DNA of 50,394 nucleotides from contig CAZBKC010000001.1 in assembly GCA_964492345.1 (NCBI GenBank), positions 1 through 50,394 on the forward strand. The letters run 5' to 3'. The notes under the pieces are model-generated. The model was not told the DNA's origin, did no database searches, and saw nothing but the letters and a program-made list of their open reading frames with translations. The position numbers were made by a program, and so were the translations under genes. Origin of the DNA: an uncultured Steroidobacter sp. (GTDB lineage Bacteria > Pseudomonadota > Gammaproteobacteria > Steroidobacterales > Steroidobacteraceae). This document shows positions 47,592-50,394 of the stretch, one piece after another (positions within the stretch are counted from its first letter, which is position 1; every line of letters begins with the position of its first letter).

Positions 47592-50360
47592 ATGCGTCGG
47601 GGTCGTTCGTTGCTGGTCCTGTGTGTCGCTTTGGTGTGTGTCGCTTGTGGCGGCGGCGGCGGTGGTGGAAGCAGTGCGCCACCCCCTCCAGTGACGACGG
47701 ATACCACGCCGGATGCGTTCAGCTTTGCAGCACGATCGAATGTGGCACTCGGTGTTCCGGTCGAATCGACGGCAGTCGCGATCTCGGGCATCAACGCCAG
47801 CGCCGCGATCAGTGTCACTGGCGGTGAGTATTCCATTGACAACGCCGCCTACACCGCCGCCAATGGCGTGCTGTCCAATGGGCAGCGAGTGTCGGTGCGC
47901 CTGACATCGGGCTCGACACCAGGAACGACGACGACTGCGACACTCACCATCGGTGGCGTCAGCGCCGTTTTCAGCGTGACCACGGCGGTGGTCGCAGGCA
48001 CCGCGGATCCGCAACCCATCGGCTCGCAGAACTGGCCGATGTTCGGATACGACTATTCGAACAGCCGTGCGTCGAAAGATCGGACGATCGCTGCGGAGCA
48101 TATTTCAAGCCTGCGCGTTGCGCAGCGAGTGACGGGCGCGGGCGTCTCGAGCACGCCCGCGGTGGTCGATGGGATCGTGTACTACAGCGACTACGCTGGC
48201 TGGCTCAAGGCAGCGAATGCCGAAAGCGGTGCAGAAATCTGGAGTACGCGACTGCAGACCACGATGCTCACCCCGTCGCCCTTCGTGGCGGGCGACACGG
48301 TTTATATTGCGGGCGACAACTCGAATGTCTACGCCGTCAACCGGACGACAGGTGCGGTCCGATGGACGGTGGCGATCGAAACGACGCCGTACAACCGGAT
48401 ATGGTCGTCGCCGATTGTGGTCGGCGAGACGCTGCTGATCGGCGCAGCCTCATACCAGGTCTTCTTTGCGGCAACGCCCATGTTCCGGGGTTCCGTGGTT
48501 GCCCTGGACGCGAAGACGGGCGCTGAGAAGTGGCGCTTCTCAGTGTGCCCTGCAGGGCAGTGCGGTGGCGGCGTCTCGGTATGGTCGAGCGTGGCCGTCG
48601 ATCCGCAACTCAAGTTGGCCTACATCGGGACCGGGCAGGCCTATGCGACTCCGGCGGGGCCCTATTCGGATGCGCTGCTGGCGCTCAACTACGAGACCGG
48701 CGAACTCGTGTGGCATCACCAGATCACACCGAACGATGTCTACACCATCAGTGGCGGCAGCCTTGATCGCGATGTCGGTGCCGCGCCGAATCTGTTTGAA
48801 GCGTCCATCGACGGAACGCTGCGCAAGCTCGTCGGTGTCGGCGACAAGGGCGGGCACTACACCGTCGTCGACCGGGAAACGGGCGCTCTGGTCTGGCAGA
48901 GGACGGTGGATGCGCGTACCCCGACGGGTAGTCCGATCGGCGGCGTGATGGGAACCCCGACCGTCGCCGCTGGACGCATCTATCTGACGAACAACAACTC
49001 GACGGTCGGCACCGGCCGTTTCGATGCCCGGCCGGGCACGAGCACGGCGTTCGCGCTCGATGCCGCCACGGGGGAGATCGTGTGGCGTGCGGATCTGCCT
49101 GCCGGGAGTTTCAGCGGTAACACCGTTGCAAACGGACTTCTCTATTTCATGACGTGGGATGGACAGCTGCGGATCCTGGATGCCAGCAACGGCACGTTGC
49201 TGCACTCGTTGCCGGCCGGTGTGCAGGTCGGTGCCTACGACCCGGTGGCGGAGGGCTTCCCGAATGGCTCGACCAGCGGGCCGGTCGTCTCGAACGGCCG
49301 CATCTATGCAGGCTATGGCTGGACGTGGGGTGCGAGTGTGTCGGGCGGACTTGCGATCCTTGAGTCAGATGCAGTCGCGCCACCACTGCGCTGGGCCGCG
49401 ACGTGCCCCTCGGGCTTTACGCCGCAGGAGGGCCTGAATACGAACTTCCTGTCGGATGGCTACACGCGCAGCTTCCGCATCCTGCCCGCGATCACGGGCA
49501 CCGGCCCTCGACCGGTGTTCGTATCGCTCACCGGGACCGCTGAGATGGAAACGGATTTCATGCGTGCCACGTTCATCGACCAGCTGCCGGCGCAAGGCTT
49601 CACGGTGATTTCCCCCGTACGGATCTGCGCGGCGAATGGCACGAACTCCGTCTGCGGCTCGGGCACGGTGACGACGCAGGATGGGAGAACCTGGGAGCCG
49701 TGGTTCGATGGCGTTGCGCAAGGCAACACCGCGCAGTACCAGGATGCCGGTACCGATGTCCGGTTCTTCGAGCGGGCCGTGAAATGCGCAGCCACGCGTT
49801 TCGACATCGATCAGACGCGGATCTTCGTTGGCGGCATCTCCGCTGGCGGGACGGCGACCAATCGCGCACTGACTTTCAGCTCGGGTTTCTTCGCAGGCGG
49901 TGCGCCGGCTTCGGGCGAGTGGTACCGCACGGATGGTGTACCGATTTCGGTTGAGAACGTCGGGGACGTCATCATCGACGGGCGCGCTGCGCCGCGACCG
50001 CTCAACCGCGCGACCGATGCGCTCGAACCCTCGATCAATATCGTTCTATGGGGTGGGCCGACGGACAAGTGGTACCAGAACGGCGCGAGCGGCCCGCTCA
50101 TCGCCAACTACAATCCATCGACGAAGCTCGCGGCCAACTACTACGCGAGCCAGTCAGATGTGGTGACGGTCTCCTGCACGCACGATCTCGGTTACGCACC
50201 ACCCATCGGTGGGCATCTATGGCCGCGCAGTCAGGCCATCACGAACTGGATCGCCGCCACCCTGGCCTCGCACCCGAAGGGCACGCCGCGGCACGCCTTT
50301 GCGCTTGCGCCCACGCCGGCCGGACTCAGTTGCGTCATGGGCAGCTATCAGGATCACTAG
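47592..50360 (+). CDS. Lipoprotein fusion: Ig-like spacer, PVA-dehydrogenase-like PQQ beta-propeller and oxidized-PVA (beta-diketone) hydrolase-like domain
   Basis: Lipobox (CVA-C) followed by poly-Gly; DTTPDAFSF beta-rich domain; WPMFG...VWSSVAVDP...YIGTGQAY...SDALLAL...TGELVWHHQ...D.DVG; C-terminal CPSGFTPQEGLNTNF...GGISAGGTATNRAL...SGEWY...WGG..D.W...GHLWP...ASHPKG. GGAGGGG precedes ATG 47592. Confidence 0.85.
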   Translation: MRRGRSLLVLCVALVCVACGGGGGGGSSAPPPPVTTDTTPDAFSFAARSNVALGVPVESTAVAISGINASAAISVTGGEYSIDNAAYTAANGVLSNGQRVSVRLTSGSTPGTTTTATLTIGGVSAVFSVTTAVVAGTADPQPIGSQNWPMFGYDYSNSRASKDRTIAAEHISSLRVAQRVTGAGVSSTPAVVDGIVYYSDYAGWLKAANAESGAEIWSTRLQTTMLTPSPFVAGDTVYIAGDNSNVYAVNRTTGAVRWTVAIETTPYNRIWSSPIVVGETLLIGAASYQVFFAATPMFRGSVVALDAKTGAEKWRFSVCPAGQCGGGVSVWSSVAVDPQLKLAYIGTGQAYATPAGPYSDALLALNYETGELVWHHQITPNDVYTISGGSLDRDVGAAPNLFEASIDGTLRKLVGVGDKGGHYTVVDRETGALVWQRTVDARTPTGSPIGGVMGTPTVAAGRIYLTNNNSTVGTGRFDARPGTSTAFALDAATGEIVWRADLPAGSFSGNTVANGLLYFMTWDGQLRILDASNGTLLHSLPAGVQVGAYDPVAEGFPNGSTSGPVVSNGRIYAGYGWTWGASVSGGLAILESDAVAPPLRWAATCPSGFTPQEGLNTNFLSDGYTRSFRILPAITGTGPRPVFVSLTGTAEMETDFMRATFIDQLPAQGFTVISPVRICAANGTNSVCGSGTVTTQDGRTWEPWFDGVAQGNTAQYQDAGTDVRFFERAVKCAATRFDIDQTRIFVGGISAGGTATNRALTFSSGFFAGGAPASGEWYRTDGVPISVENVGDVIIDGRAAPRPLNRATDALEPSINIVLWGGPTDKWYQNGASGPLIANYNPSTKLAANYYASQSDVVTVSCTHDLGYAPPIGGHLWPRSQAITNWIAATLASHPKGTPRHAFALAPTPAGLSCVMGSYQDH

Positions 50361-50394
50361 TGAGAAAGAAGCGGTTGGCGGTTGGCGGTTAGCG

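Noticed and set aside
47649..47690. GGC-rich microsatellite
   Set aside because: It encodes the usual Gly/Ser/Pro linker after the lipoprotein cysteine.

Overview
GC-rich proteobacterial (probably Gammaproteobacteria; taxon not determinable here) catabolic island of about 30 genes. I saw no rRNA, tRNA, CRISPR array or transposase. It encodes three TonB-dependent receptors, three MFS transporters and two TetR regulators (one PsrA-like, one tandem double-TetR). Acyl-CoA metabolism is covered by a single-chain biotin carboxylase, a CoA ligase, two family III CoA-transferases and three 3-hydroxyacyl-CoA dehydrogenase paralogues. There are also three cyclase/KynB-family hydrolases, an orphan fumarylacetoacetase and many exported enzymes. 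The most striking gene (47592-50360) is a lipoprotein fusing a PVA-dehydrogenase-like PQQ beta-propeller to a domain closely resembling oxidized-polyvinyl-alcohol (beta-diketone) hydrolase. That places both steps of the PVA/1,3-diol cleavage route in one polypeptide. A palindrome TCAATC-N4-GATTGA lies in most promoter regions, and a second motif (TTSAYY-N4-GGTATG) co-occurs, which suggests one co-regulated system. Other oddities are a Tat-exported tandem acetoacetate-decarboxylase-like protein, a CocE/NonD hydrolase with its catalytic Ser replaced by Gly, an M24 protein without metal ligands, and a nested palindromic element at about 9.4 kb. All family calls come from motif recognition and recalled sequences; no database searches were run.
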